From Selaginella moellendorffii (lineage: Eukaryota; Plantae; Lycopodiophyta): a stretch of 64,000 nucleotides of DNA. Position numbers and translations under genes: made by a program. This document shows, in pieces, positions 51,801-64,000 of this stretch. The stretch spans positions 809,038-873,037 of the forward strand of contig NW_003314295.1 of assembly GCF_000143415.4 (NCBI RefSeq), given 5' to 3'. The number at the start of each line of letters is the position of its first letter. The stretch's first letter is position 1. Under the pieces are notes generated by a model. It saw nothing but the letters and a program-made list of their open reading frames with translations. It was not told the origin of the DNA and made no database searches.

Positions 51801-54042
51801 CCATGTAGGGCCATGGTGTTCCGAAATGGTGTCCCAAAGTCCCAGACTGTGGAAAGGAAGAGGAGTAACCCTCTGTTATGGTGACCAAGGACATAGTCAC
51901 ATGGTGAGGAAGTCCCAGAGGACCATGGGACTAAGTGGTCGGGCCTATGGGCTTTGCCCCAGTGGCAATGTTGGCAAACATGGCCATGGACAAAAAGGGG
52001 ACCGGAAAAGAGGTATTGGGGAAGGCTATTCCCCATGTCTGTAGGCATCATAAGGATGTTAAAGAGTGGATCTGGGATGATCACTCATGGACGGATGACC
52101 CAGTCTTTGAGAGATGGGATTGCAATGCAGGTGGTGTTGGACCACCAGTGTGACTATGGTAAATGGGCATGGCCTTAGTGTAACGGGCCAATACGTCAGT
52201 GGTACCTTAGGGTGTCGATCATGGGATCGGACACGTGGAGCACCTGGACCAAGTGCTAAGGTTGAGTGGTATGGATGCCATTCTCGGGGTTAGCAAGCCC
52301 CAAGTCCTAAATGGGACTTATGGAGGTTGTGAGTGAGACTCCTCCAAGTGGTCGGAGGTGCGGTTAAGTGACTAAAGTAGAATGGAAAAATTAGTCACTT
52401 ACAGTCAAGTATGCTTGACAAATAACATGTAGGAATTCCGTCCTTATGCTCATTTAGTCAAGTGCACACGTGATGACCAGTTTCTCAACTAGCTTGAGTG
52501 GAGACCATAAAAGGGACTAGTAGTACCAACCTCCTATCATTGTGGCACTAAGGAATGAGTGTCCGTAAAGATTGGCCGACAAATATCTTTCGATACCTAA
52601 AGTCACATTCACAACAATTATTCATTGCATGGAGTGGTTGTGTGAAACAAAGTAAAGTTGTCATTAAACAATTTCATAAGGGATATATGCTTCTTGTTAC
52701 TATGAGATTTATACACATGAAGGGCATCAAAATCCTGCTTGGATGTGGTTTTGTGAAGGTGATGTTACACATACTTGAGCACCTAAACACGCACTACTCA
52801 ACCCACCAGAGATACCATAAGTATGGCTAATTGACCAATTTACAAGTTTGACAGAAGGAGAAGTCAATGAACTTGGAAGAAGTGGTTTCCAACTAAAGAA
52901 AGCTCTTATAACATAGTCTTTATATCAAATTAGATCCTTATCATGTCATAACATGTAAACACTTCAACTCTTGAGAAGCATGCATTGTCAACCTCGGTGC
53001 CACACAAACAAGATAGAAAAATAATGTATGCTAGGACAACATTTTTGGCTCATGCACAATAGAGGATGGAAAATGTTGCAACAATTCAAACAACAACAAG
53101 AGTGGTTAATATCAGCATTATTTGTCATAAGGAGGAGTTGGTGTAGCTTTAATCATCACAAAACAACTATCGAGTGAGAATTTCACAATATCTAGTTTGC
53201 ACTTGTGTTGATTTCATCAAGCATCAGGATTTCAAGTGTGTAAGCATTTGTTATTCATGTATATAAACATTTACAAGTTGGTGGATGGTGACCTCTGCAT
53301 GATCCAACCAACATTGTCCAAGTTAAAGGTTGTTGATACAATCAGTAGGTATGAGGGTGCTCTAATTGCAACACCAACAACTTAAAAAGACAAAGTGGCT
53401 TAGACAATAAAGGTTGTTATATTCAACTCCACTAGTTCTGTTCTATTTTTAGGTTTTTTTAATTGCCAGTTTTAAAGCCTGGCCTAAGAAAATGTACTTT
53501 GTTTTCTCAGACTTACAGAATGTAGTTGTCAATTTTTAGTTTGTCATGTCTACTGTGTTTCTGGTCTTTACCATGAAAACATTTTTTCATTCAATGTATC
53601 AAGTGTATTTTGAATTGTACTTTTTTTCAAAATAAATGGTTCATAGAATATTCTAAGTATATTCTACGAATATTCTATGAATATTTGGCCTCTAAAAAGA
53701 ACGCACTCCTTTCTGTTTAAGACATGTTCTAAGTATATTCTCCTGTTGTCCAATGGTCCTCCCCATGGTGTCTTAATCCACCATGTAAATGATGTATTCT
53801 ACTGTGGTAGAATATGCTATTGTGGTGGTTTATTCTAGCATGTGACTTCTGTTGGATATACCTTGCTTCTGCTCCATGATTGCAACTTGTTCACGTTGGA
53901 TGTGCCTCGTCAACTTGTTCGAACGTGTTGGACATAAAAACACCAAGTTGGCTAGGCACACGCAAGCGCCAGAGCACCAGTTCTCTTCTTCAAGTACATA
54001 AATAGAGCTCTAGTGCTGCAGTAATGTACACACAGCTGTGCA

Positions 54043-54615
54043 ATGAAGATCTTCATTCCCCTCGTTCTAACACTGGTTTTTGCAATCGCTCCTGCACAAT
54101 CGAGCCTCCCAAAGCCGGGAGAATTGGATCTATCAAAGTGCACCGAGGTGATCCGGTTCTACTTGCACGACCAGTTCAATGGGAGCAATCCGACAACAGC
54201 AATCGTCCTGCCTCCTCGTAACAATGAAACGTTGTTTGGTCAGGTTGCCATTTTTGATGACAAGCTGACTACGGAGTCCTCGATCAACTCCAAGCCTGTG
54301 GGAAGAGCCAAGGGTTTTCTGGTGATAGATTCGCTGAGCAAAAGCAGCTTTCTCCAGAGCATGACGGTGGAGCTGGAAGGGCGGAAAGGTACAATAGTGC
54401 TCCATGGTCAGAACCCCTTCACTGAGTCCCGAAGGGAAATAGCCGTTGTTGGGGGCACAGGAGAGTTCAGAAACGTTCAGGGCTACGCATTAACGAGCAC
54501 AACTGGAGCTGAACCTGGTGGGCTTATTGCAATCTACGAAGTTCATCTGGTGAGGTTCTGGGAATGCATCTCGAAATATATTTTACCATTTCATATTGTA
54601 AACTCAGATCCCTAG
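54043..54615 (+). CDS. Dirigent protein (intronless, secreted)
   Basis: Signal peptide, FYLHD, FGQVAIFDDKLT, VGRAKG, REIAVVGGTGEFRNVQGYA. Confidence 0.93.
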   Translation: MKIFIPLVLTLVFAIAPAQSSLPKPGELDLSKCTEVIRFYLHDQFNGSNPTTAIVLPPRNNETLFGQVAIFDDKLTTESSINSKPVGRAKGFLVIDSLSKSSFLQSMTVELEGRKGTIVLHGQNPFTESRREIAVVGGTGEFRNVQGYALTSTTGAEPGGLIAIYEVHLVRFWECISKYILPFHIVNSDP

Positions 54616-54810
54616 ACCATTAAAAAATGAATATGCTTTATTTAATTATTATGCATCTTATAGAAAACGTGGGTAACCTATTAAGAGTCCTAGGGCGAAG
54701 AAACCACCATCGAATGCGAACCACCGTTAATTCTTGCTATAGCAGTTCAGTGACTCTTCTAGTTCTGAAATACCACACTCTCCAAAATTTCTGAGACCTG
54801 ATCCGCGCAA

Positions 54811-56751
54811 TTCGGTTTCTTTGTTTCCTTCAACTTGGGTTGTTCTCCTGCCTTGTTTCTCTTCGTTTTCCTCCATTTCTCGTCACATTGCTTTGTGTGA
54901 CCGATCAGGCTGTTCCCGATGGAGTGGACGTGCTGAGCCTTTCAGCGCTGGAACTTGACATTCATGAGCACCTTCGACCTGGCGCTGCTGTCGGCCGTCA
55001 AGGCGGGCGTGTTTGTGACCCAGGCTGTTGGAAACGGGGGACCGTATCCCCGGACCAGCGTGTCCTTCAGCCCCTGGATATTCTCCGTAGCAGCGGCCAC
55101 CCACGACAGGACCTACCCAAACGCCATCACCCTCGGGAGCATCACGGGAACCGGCCTCGCATGTAAGATACACGCAAGTGTACTGCCTTCTGTGTCTTTT
55201 CTCGTCGTTATCTTGCCCCTCCGCCACCTTTTTTGTGCCCGCCAGCTGCTCCGTTGACGTGCCATGCTTGCCAGCTGATGTAATGTGAGGCTTTCTGGGT
55301 GTTGTTTGCAGCCGGGACAAATGGCAGCTTCAGCCTTATCACCGCAGCAGATGCCACCAATGGGAATGTGTCCAGGATCCTTGTCGACGAGTGCCAGGAC
55401 GCCGGGAACTACAACAGGTCGCTCGTCAGCGGCAGGATTCTCGTGTGCAGCTACAGCCTGCGTTATCTGTTCGGGGTGTCGACGCTGGCCGACGCGGTTG
55501 TGGCTGCGCAAGAGCTCAGAGCGTCCGGGCTTGTGTTTCTGGCCACGCCCGACCTCGACGGCCACAGCTTCCCGCCGTCCCCGATCGGCTTCCCGGCTAT
55601 CATCATCCAGCTCCAAAGACTCCGCGGTAAAGTTCATCCGCCACCTTTCTTGGATCTTAACTATCTCACTGCATTTGCCGCCAGGTGTTGCTCCACTACT
55701 ACAACACATCCACGAGAAGAGACAAGTCAGGCAGGCTCTCGAGCTCCGCGGCCATGGCCACCATAGCAGGAGGCCGCGAAGCTCTTTTCAGCTTCTCGAC
55801 ACCAAGGTGGCGACGTACTCGTCCCGGACGTGAATAGCAACAACCTGGACGTGGCTGATGTGCTCAAGCCCAACAGGCTGCCTCCCGGGAACCTCATCTG
55901 GGCGGCGTGGTCCTCAATCGGGAGCGACGAGCGGGAGTTCGAAGGCCAGGAGTTTGCGCTTATCTCCGGGACGAGCATGGCCACGCCCCACATCGCCGGC
56001 ATCGCGGCGCTCGTCAAGCAGCGCTTCCCGTCGCTCAGCCCCGCCGGGATCGCGTCGGCCATGTCCACTACCGCTCTCACTCTCGACTCCAATGGCCAGC
56101 CACTACTCGCACAGCACCCCACGAGCAATGTCGACTCGCCCGGCCACCCCATTCGACTTTGGAGCCGGTTTTGTGAATCCCGCAGCGGCGATTGATCCTG
56201 GCTTGATCTTCGATGCCGGTGAGTTTTTCTATTCGATCGCGTTCGTCTCGACTAAGGTGTTTTTGCTGCCAGGATTCCGAGACTACATCCAGTTCTTGTG
56301 CTCCATTCCGGCTCTCAGCAACTCGACAGTGTCAGCCGCGACTGGATCGTCTTGCTTGTCATCGCCATCGTCACCCTCTTCGTCCTCCTCAAACACCACC
56401 GCTGCCGCCAGCATTTCTTCCAGCTTTGCCTCGGACCTTAACACTCCATACGTGAGTATCGCGAGCCTCAATGGCGCCAGATCTGTGGTGAGAATCGCGA
56501 CAAGCGTGAGCGAGAGGGACGAGGCTTACAATGCTACATTGGTCGTCCCCGCCGGGGTCTCAGTGACGGTAAAACCATCGAGTTTCTCCGTGCGCGGTGG
56601 ACAATTGGTCAAGTTGACGCTCACTCTCAAGGCTCTAGTCACCTCCTCGGCTCCCAGTTTTGGGGAGCTCCTCCTGGATGGCGATCGGGGACACAGGCTT
56701 CATCTCCCCATTTGCGTCAGCTCCAAGATCGCCTCCTCCGGTACCTCCTGA
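54811..56751 (+). pseudogene. Subtilase 3' fragment (5'-truncated, frameshifted duplicate)
   Basis: Copy of 31416-33397 lacking the prodomain and catalytic D/H; several small frameshifting deletions. Confidence 0.9.
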
Positions 56752-57173
56752 AGCTTTTCAATGTTTTCTCACAAAGCAGATCTAACCTCAGCCCAAGTGT
56801 TCATAAGCTTAAAAAACGAGTATAAATTCTCGCAAGTTTCGAGAGACATCCATACTCGCCTCCTCCTCGTAAACCATTCTTCTCAATGTTACCTTGCAGA
56901 TGAAGAGGGTGTGTGTTCTCTCACGAAGCAACGTCAGCCCAAGTATCCTGAGAAGAAGAATTATTATAAATGCTCGCAGAGAAGGACAAGCGCCAATGAA
57001 AATGAGAAATCATCACCCTACACGACATCCATACCTCGCATTGATCCTATCATCGAACGAAAACTCTAAACGAAATAGTCAATTTGCTCACTGTCTCTAG
57101 TGACGACCTCTTTGCCAAATGACCATGTTTAAAAGGTGGGCTGGCGATCGAGAGAGGCAGATTTGAGCACCCA

Positions 57174-58816
57174 ATGGAGTTTCTCGTGGCTACGCTTGCG
57201 CTGTGTGTGATCTTGGCAGGAGTGATGATCGAAGGATCGGTGGTGAGAGATATTGTCCAGCCGATCGACATCCCAAAGGACGCTGTCAAATGCGCTCACC
57301 CCCTCGTCAATGCCGAGTTCTCGGGAGCTTCTCCGCTGATCGAGGTGAGTTTCTCATCATGGTTTCTCACACGAAGAACTTTTCCATCCAGACTAGCTAC
57401 GCGCCTTCCACCCAATGCGGGAGCGTTTGGACCAAGATCGTCCTCGAGCTCACCGGTTTTTGCAAGGGATCGTCCAAGGAGCAAAAAATCGGTGGAGTGT
57501 GGCTGGGTGGTGCTCAGATCCTCCACGCGAGCACCCCTCTCCCGACACCGGAGGGGACAAACTGGACGATCCAAAGGGACGCCACCAGTTTCGAATCTCT
57601 CTTCCTATCCAGCTCAAATCTCTCGCTCATCTTCTTGGATGTCACCGCCTCCTCCTCCACGAACTCGTCACTGCCATCGACGAAATCTTCCTACAGAATT
57701 AGCGTCACAGCCAACTTCTACTTGTTCAAGGAATCCACAGCCGAAATCATCGATCAAGCTCGCGGAAGTCGCCGATTCTTCTCACCCCTGTCAGGAACAT
57801 CGGCCGGTTTGTTCCCGCCCCTCGCTGTTCTCCCGATCCATCCACCACCCTCCAACTCCACCGGGCTTTGGTTCGTATTCCAAAACGATCAGGAATCCTC
57901 CGCCATGGTGACCCCTCCGACCAACGTCGTCAGTGCTCGCTTGCAGGTCTTCGTTTCCTCGCATGGTGACGACGAGTTTTGGTACAAGAAGGGAAGCTCC
58001 TCGGAGATGCGAGAGGTGGTGATCACTCTCGACGGTGCTGTGGTGGACGCGATCTGGCCGAGCCCGGTGATCTACAGCGCTGGGATCAATGCATCCTACT
58101 GGGAGTCTGTTGGATCCATCGGTGCCTTGAACTCTCCTGGCTACGACGTCATCTTGGACGCGTTTGCTCCTGTTCTAGCCGATGGAAAGCCACATAAGCT
58201 TGGATTTCGAGTGATCGGAGCCACCAGCATCTGGTTCTTGGGTGCCAGTTTGCTGATGTCCACCACCACTGCTACGAAAACAGGAGCGAGTGGCTTGATC
58301 CACTGGAGCGCGAGCGACACGATGATCTCTCATCCAGCACTCGGCACCACAGTGGCTTCCAGAAGCTTTTCTAGCGTGGGATACCACCTTGTGGACGGGA
58401 CCAACTTCACCACTTGGATCGAGCACGAGGTCCACTCTCGACGCTGGAACTCCGAGGATGGAAGTTTGCAGCTTCTCACGGAGTCCAAGGTGGTGCTCCT
58501 GGAGCAAGCTTCTGGTGATGCCATATATCTCCACTGGACTGACAAAACATCTGTGCCGGTGATGATATTGATGCGCGGTCTGGTACATCAGTCGTTCAAC
58601 CATGAGTTTGATTCCGTATTGAGGATTGGAAGCAACAATGGGGTTGTTCAAGGAGGGAACTTCACAAGCGTGTTCACAAACCTCCAAGTTTGTGGGGGCA
58701 AGGGTGTGAGACAGAGCTTGTCATATCGGAACACTGATGCGAGTTGCTACTCTAGAAATTTGCTGGTTGTTGACAATGAGTTTAAGTACGACAATGTCTC
58801 TACTAGCTGTAATTAG
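57174..58816 (+). CDS. Peptide-N4-(N-acetyl-beta-glucosaminyl)asparagine amidase A (PNGase A)-like secreted protein, one intron (57346-57391)
   Basis: Signal peptide, WTKIVLELTGFCKG..IGGVWLGGAQILHASTP..WTIQRD, VSSHGDDEFWY, REVVITLDG, PVIYSAGINASYW, LADGKPH. Confidence 0.85.
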
Positions 58817-59814
58817 AAAGAAAGTTAAAATGTTATTTTTAACTATAAACTCTATTGTCTTTTTGACTTTTCTGTCTTTATTTCTAGTTTTTTTTAATGA
58901 TCCCTATGTAAATACATGTGTATATATATGTATTATTTTAAATAATACATTAATATAGGATATGGACCATTTATTTGGGATTGAATTTAGTCCATTATTG
59001 TATATAAACCAAATTAAACCCAAATTCCAAACACTCATATTAGTATTGCAATTTGTCTCTGATTATACCTTTACTTTTGTTCTATCATTTTTTACCATGT
59101 TATTGTCGATTGAAGAGTGTTTTATCCAAGACTACAAATGATATGTTGTTATTATCACTCAACAACATTATTCTTGTAGTTGTGTCCTCTTCAAATCAAG
59201 CTTTTAGTGTTCTGCAATATGATCCTATGTGATGCTACATCAATCTTTAGTGTGTTGCTATCTTTAGCTTCCATAGGACATGATTACATAATTAATTGTG
59301 ATATCATTTGGAGATCTACAATCCAAATCTTAAAGACTATTTGATGATTGAGTTTATAGGAAGATGATATTTGGAATCCTATTACAAGTAATTTGATTAC
59401 TTTGAGGATAAGTTTGGAGACAAATTGTAGATTTTGCAAGGTAGGTGTTAATTTTTTAATTTGCCATTTAATCTTTTTTTTTGCATTTTACTTTTTCCTA
59501 ACTTTTTCTTATTTCTTGTTTTTTCCTTATCTATAGTATTTTATTCTCTTGGCACATTAATTATTTGTGACTTTTATGATTTTCATTCTTAGTTAAATAT
59601 TGAGTTGAGTGTTTTTATCCTTCTTATAGATATTGAATATATATGTAAAATTGAGAATCTTATTTTTGTTAGCAAAGTCTTTGATTAACTTTGGTATTGA
59701 GTATTCCTCTATTTTAAGGGTTAAGTCACTTTTGTCAAACTTTTGGGTTGAGTGTCTATCCTCAATTATGAGAGTTGTTAAGAGCTTTTGTTTTACCTTT
59801 GTTATTAAGGAGTT

Positions 59815-59827
59815 TATATATATATAT

Positions 59828-59888
<61 letters not shown>

Positions 59889-60029
59889 TACGCATATATA
59901 CACATATATATTTGTATACATACATATGCATACATACACATACAGACATACATACATACATACACATACAGACATACATACATACATACATACATACATG
60001 CATGCATGCATGCATACCGTACATACGTA

Positions 60030-60072
<43 letters not shown>

Positions 60073-60283
60073 TACACACATATACACATATATACACATA
60101 TATACACATATATACACATATATACATATATATACACATATATACGCATATATACACATATATATTTGTATACATACATATGCATACATACACATACAGA
60201 CATACATACATACATACACATACAGACATACATACATACATACATACATACATGCATGCATGCATGCATACATGCATACATGC

Positions 60284-60328
<45 letters not shown>

Positions 60329-60334
60329 TATATA
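59815..60334. repeat. Compound (TA)/(CA)/(CATA)/(CATG) microsatellite with an internal higher-order duplication
   Basis: Direct reading; block ~59881-60018 recurs at ~60136-60270. Confidence 0.95.
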
Positions 60335-63300
60335 GTGGGTGCTTGGAATATGGAAAGGGAATACAGAAAATGTGCATATCAATTAGCCCAAAAACCCTAG
60401 CTTATATAGAAGAGCGAGTGGTCCGGATTGAAACCAATCCGACGACTACCAAAATCCCACTACGCTAATATTAGTATACGGCATCGTAGTCGTACATTTG
60501 GTCCTCACATCATCCCCTCCTCTCGGAATAATGGAATACAAGAGACCGTCAGAGGTCTCTTGTAGACGGGCTGGGACCTGGAGGAATGTTAGGAGGAGGC
60601 ATCGGTGGATTTGTAGATGGTATTAACTGCTCTTGATCCCTTTGTATGAAGCATTTCATCTGCTGCACATGCATAATCTCAAGAGGATCGGCTTGTTGGA
60701 CGTCATGCCGAACCTCATAAACTTGTGGTCCAACTTTCCGCAACACTCGATACGGTCCTTTCCACTGCACAAGGAGCCCCTTAGATAAGCCACGTATCGT
60801 AAGATGGGGAAAACAAACTATCACCAAATCATCCATTTTGTATTCCGCAAATGGATGATGATGGGAGTTGTAGCGCCGTTGTTGTCCCACTTGAAAGTGG
60901 CCTAAGTGTTCAGCAGACTCTGCTCGAACAAGTGGAAGAATGCTCGTCAAATATTGATCCCATGACTTAGCATTGGGAGCTCGTGGCAATCACGACAGTA
61001 AACCTAGCTCCGTTGGTAATATTGGAGTATGACCATATAGGAGTTTATATGGTGAAGCACCAACAAAACTCTACACCCCTGTGACATAGGCATACCGAAG
61101 AGATGGCAAATAACCATCCCAATCCGAATGCTGAAAGTTCATATACTTACAAACATCCCTTTGAATGTCCGAACGAGCCGTTCCACCGGACCGTCTAATT
61201 GTGGATGATAAGTACTCGTGAAAGTGTGGCGTATCCCCAACCGAGACGTCAAAACATGAAATGCCTCAGCCATAAATGCGGGACCATTATCTGAAAGAAT
61301 CTGCTTTAGAAAATAATGTTGGAACATCACTCGATTGAGGAGGAAGTATCCAATAGCAGTTGCAGAGGCACTAGTAAAAGCACTAACTTCCACCCAACGA
61401 GTCAAGTAGTCAGAAACAATAATAACATATTCATTGCCAACAGTCGACCATGGAAAAGGTCCTATAAGATCAAACACCACCAACTCAAACGGACGGGAAA
61501 CTACAATTGACTCCAATCCTTCTGCGACATGAGGGTGAGTATTATGAGCTTGGCACCAAACATAGTTATGCACATACCAGATAACATCACGTCACATCTC
61601 CAGCCAATAGAAAGATTACAAAGGTTAGAAGGGTTACATGACAATGTCCCATATGCCCACCTAGAACAAGAGAATCATGGTAGGCATAGAGAAACCGCGG
61701 AATAAAGATAGAAGGCACCACCAGCCATAAATAATCATTAGGATCTGTCCCCACAAAATAACTTCAAGGCAATATTGAGAATGTAAATGCCGAAAAGGCA
61801 AGTCATCAGCAAGTGATGTAGGATTCTCAAACGCATCTCAAAGCCTTTGAATCCACGGCTCAATCTTTTAAGCCTCATAAACCTCATCAAGAAAAGGTAG
61901 ATCTTGCTCTGCGCCTTGTGGACACTGAACGTTAAGTACGGTAACCACCGTCGGCACAGAATCCTCATCTAGAAAATCCACAAATGCTAAAACAACAAGC
62001 TCGTAAAAAACATGAGAAGAGAGTGGAAAAGGAAGAGGAGCTCGAGAAAGGGCATCAGCATCAGCCATAAAACTCCTTGAGCGATGAACAACATCAAAAT
62101 CATATATCTGAAGCTTCAAAGCCCACTGAGCAGTACGACCAACCAGGTTTTTCTGCTTCAATAATGAAGTAACGGCAGCATGGTCACCTTCAAGTAACAT
62201 CCGAGAACCATGTAGATATAAATGAAGTTTTTCGAAACCCCAAACTGCTACTAAACACTCTTTCTCTATCGTAAAGTAGTTCATCTCCACTTGTTGTAAT
62301 GTACGGCTTATATATGCAATGGGATGGCACTAACCAAGCACACTCAAGCTTTTTTGCATCAACACTCTTCCAAGACCAATGTCAGAAACATCCACGCATA
62401 AAATAAAAGGTTGAGTGTAGTCAGGATATGCCAAAACCCGAGGAGTCGTCAATAGCTCTTTGAGATCCATGAATGCTCGCTCACAATCCGGAAACTAGAT
62501 GAAAGATGACGTTTGTCACTTTAGCAACGCTTGCAATGGTGCAGTGCGATCAGAAAAATGATCCACAAAACAATCGAGATACTGCACCTTGCCCAAGAAG
62601 CATTGCATATCATTTACACACTTCGGAGTAGGGAACTTTAAAACAGCCACAAGTTTGTCAGGATCAATTTGCAAACCCTCACGAGAAATACGGTACCCAA
62701 AATAAGTTGTGTCCTTGGACCCAAACAAGCACTTCGACCGCTTCAGCTTTAGACTAACGTCGCATAGCCGATCCAACACTTTATAAACATCACGAACGTG
62801 CTCTTCCCACATCCCCTCCGAGTGGATCAAGACATCATCAATGAAGTCAGCAATCACCTCTGGCATATCGCAAAGAACCTCGTCCATCATCTGCTGAAAA
62901 GTTGCTAGAGCATTGTTCAAACCAAACGGCATTACCAAGAACTTGTACAATCCAAATGGTGTACGAAAAACAGTTTTAGAAATATCTTCTTCGGCCATCG
63001 GTACTTGCTAATACCCAGAAGCAAGATTTAGCTTGGTGAACCAACGACTTCGCCCTAGACGATCTAAGATATCAGCAGTGTGAGGAAGAGGGTACACATG
63101 AGGGATCGTCACTTCATTTAACGGACGATAGTCGATGTAGAAACAAATACTCCCATCAGGCTTCGTCACAAAATGAGGTTCACATGCCCAAGGACTTCGC
63201 AACTTCCAAATAACACCCTTCTCCAACATCTTCTTGACGTTTGCACGTAAAATCTTGATCTCCTTGGGTGACTGACGACAAATAGGAACCTTGATTAAAC

Positions 63301-63383
63301 AAGCATCCCCAGTTGGAATCAGATGATGTGTGGCAATCTTGGCCCCAGATGATAGGTCAAATTCAAATAGATCAGAATACTCC
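60335..63383 (-). mobile_element. Decayed Ty3/gypsy element C (RT, RNase H, integrase, PPT, short 3' LTR 60335-60509)
   Basis: IDYRPLNE, MPFGLNNA, FIDDVLI, EKECLVAVW, VFDLIGP, SDNGPAF, HPQLDGPVER; PPT rc of TCATCCCCTCCTCTC next to a TGTGAG LTR start; stops and frameshifts. Confidence 0.88.
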
Positions 63384-64000
63384 TGTGAGACACAAAATCC
63401 CTAGGCCCCAAAGTGGAGCCAGAAGGGCGCCACATGGTAGTGGCCGAAGCGAGAGCCAAACGAGCGTAACACGTTTGGACCAAAAGCTCCGACTTGAAAA
63501 GTCAAGAGCGGGAGTGGAACTCCCAACGAAGTGCTCGAGGAACGAGCACGAAGCGAGCAAAAGGCGAGGCTCCAAAAAGGGACCCAAAAGGACCAACACA
63601 TGACACGTGGGAGTGTCCGAGATGGACTCGAGTTGGAGTCCGAAGTGGAGTCCGAGATGGACCCAAGTTGGAGTCCGAAGTGGAGTCCGAGATGGACCCG
63701 AGTTGGAGTCCGAAGTGGAGTCCGAGATGGACCCGAGTTGGAGTCCGAAGTGGAGTCCGAGATGGAGTCCGAAGTGGAGTTCGAGGTGGACCCGAGATGG
63801 ACCCGAGTTGGAGTCCGAAGTGGAGTCCGAGATGGAGTCCGAGATGGAGTCCGAGGTGGACCCGAGATGGACCCGAAATGGAGTCCGAGATGGACCCGAG
63901 ATGGAGTCCGAGATGGAGTTCGAGATGGACCCGAGATGGACCCGAGATGGAGTTCGAGATGGAGTCCGAGATGGAGTCCGAGATGGAGTCCGAAGTCGAG
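63384..64000 (+). mobile_element. Family A LTR (5' part) inserted in element C, with an expanded 12-bp tandem array
   Basis: TGTGAGACACAAAATCCCTAGG start matches 37748 and 50919; GAGATGGAGTCC / GAAGTGGAGTCC / GAGATGGACCC units run 63610-64000. Confidence 0.92.

Larger units (their letters stand above)
37748..52403 (+). mobile_element. LTR retrotransposon family A, non-autonomous (LARD-like), interrupted by a nested chromovirus
   Basis: 5' LTR 37748-39341 and 3' LTR 50919-52403 (TG..CA), TSD GTCAA on both sides, PBS TGGTATCGGAGC at 39345, PPT GGGTGGTGGAG before the 3' LTR. The internal region has no long ORF. Confidence 0.92.

Noticed and set aside
52404-53950. Possible DNA transposon carrying the dirigent gene (AGAATATTC repeats at 53640-53740)
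   Set aside because: The motif resembles that at 3280-3340, but no TIR pair, TSD or Helitron end could be identified.
59593-60400. Long YI/HT/MYVC ORFs
   Set aside because: Microsatellite translation artefacts.
63610-64000. CRISPR-like or telomeric array
   Set aside because: No unique spacers, no cas genes, eukaryotic context, and the unit is not TTTAGGG; it lies inside an LTR.

Overview
Compact land-plant nuclear DNA with many ~45-75 nt introns, an intronless PLS-class PPR gene and chromoviral LTR elements. This pattern is most consistent with a Selaginella-type lycophyte (inference). Apparently intact host genes are two copies of a micro-exon-encoded secreted Pro/Ser/Thr-rich protein, a PPR protein, a Lifeguard/BI-1 protein, a GH9 endoglucanase, tRNA-Val(AAC), tRNA-Trp(CCA), ETF-ubiquinone oxidoreductase, two divergent amino-acid permeases, a subtilase, a dirigent protein and a PNGase A-like protein. 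Pseudogenes or fragments include two of cytochrome-b5 reductase and one each of UFC1, PPR, subtilase and PNGase A. There are two local segmental duplications, one apparently captured inside a hAT transposon, and a nest of Ty3/gypsy elements. The standout is a young, full-length chromovirus (42527-50058, minus strand; ~99% identical LTRs, AGAAG target-site duplication). Its integrase is split by two short canonical GT-AG introns (47 and 52 nt). Only the spliced RNA can encode the catalytic Glu of the DDE triad, the GPY/F motif and the chromodomain, yet the integrated copy retains both introns.
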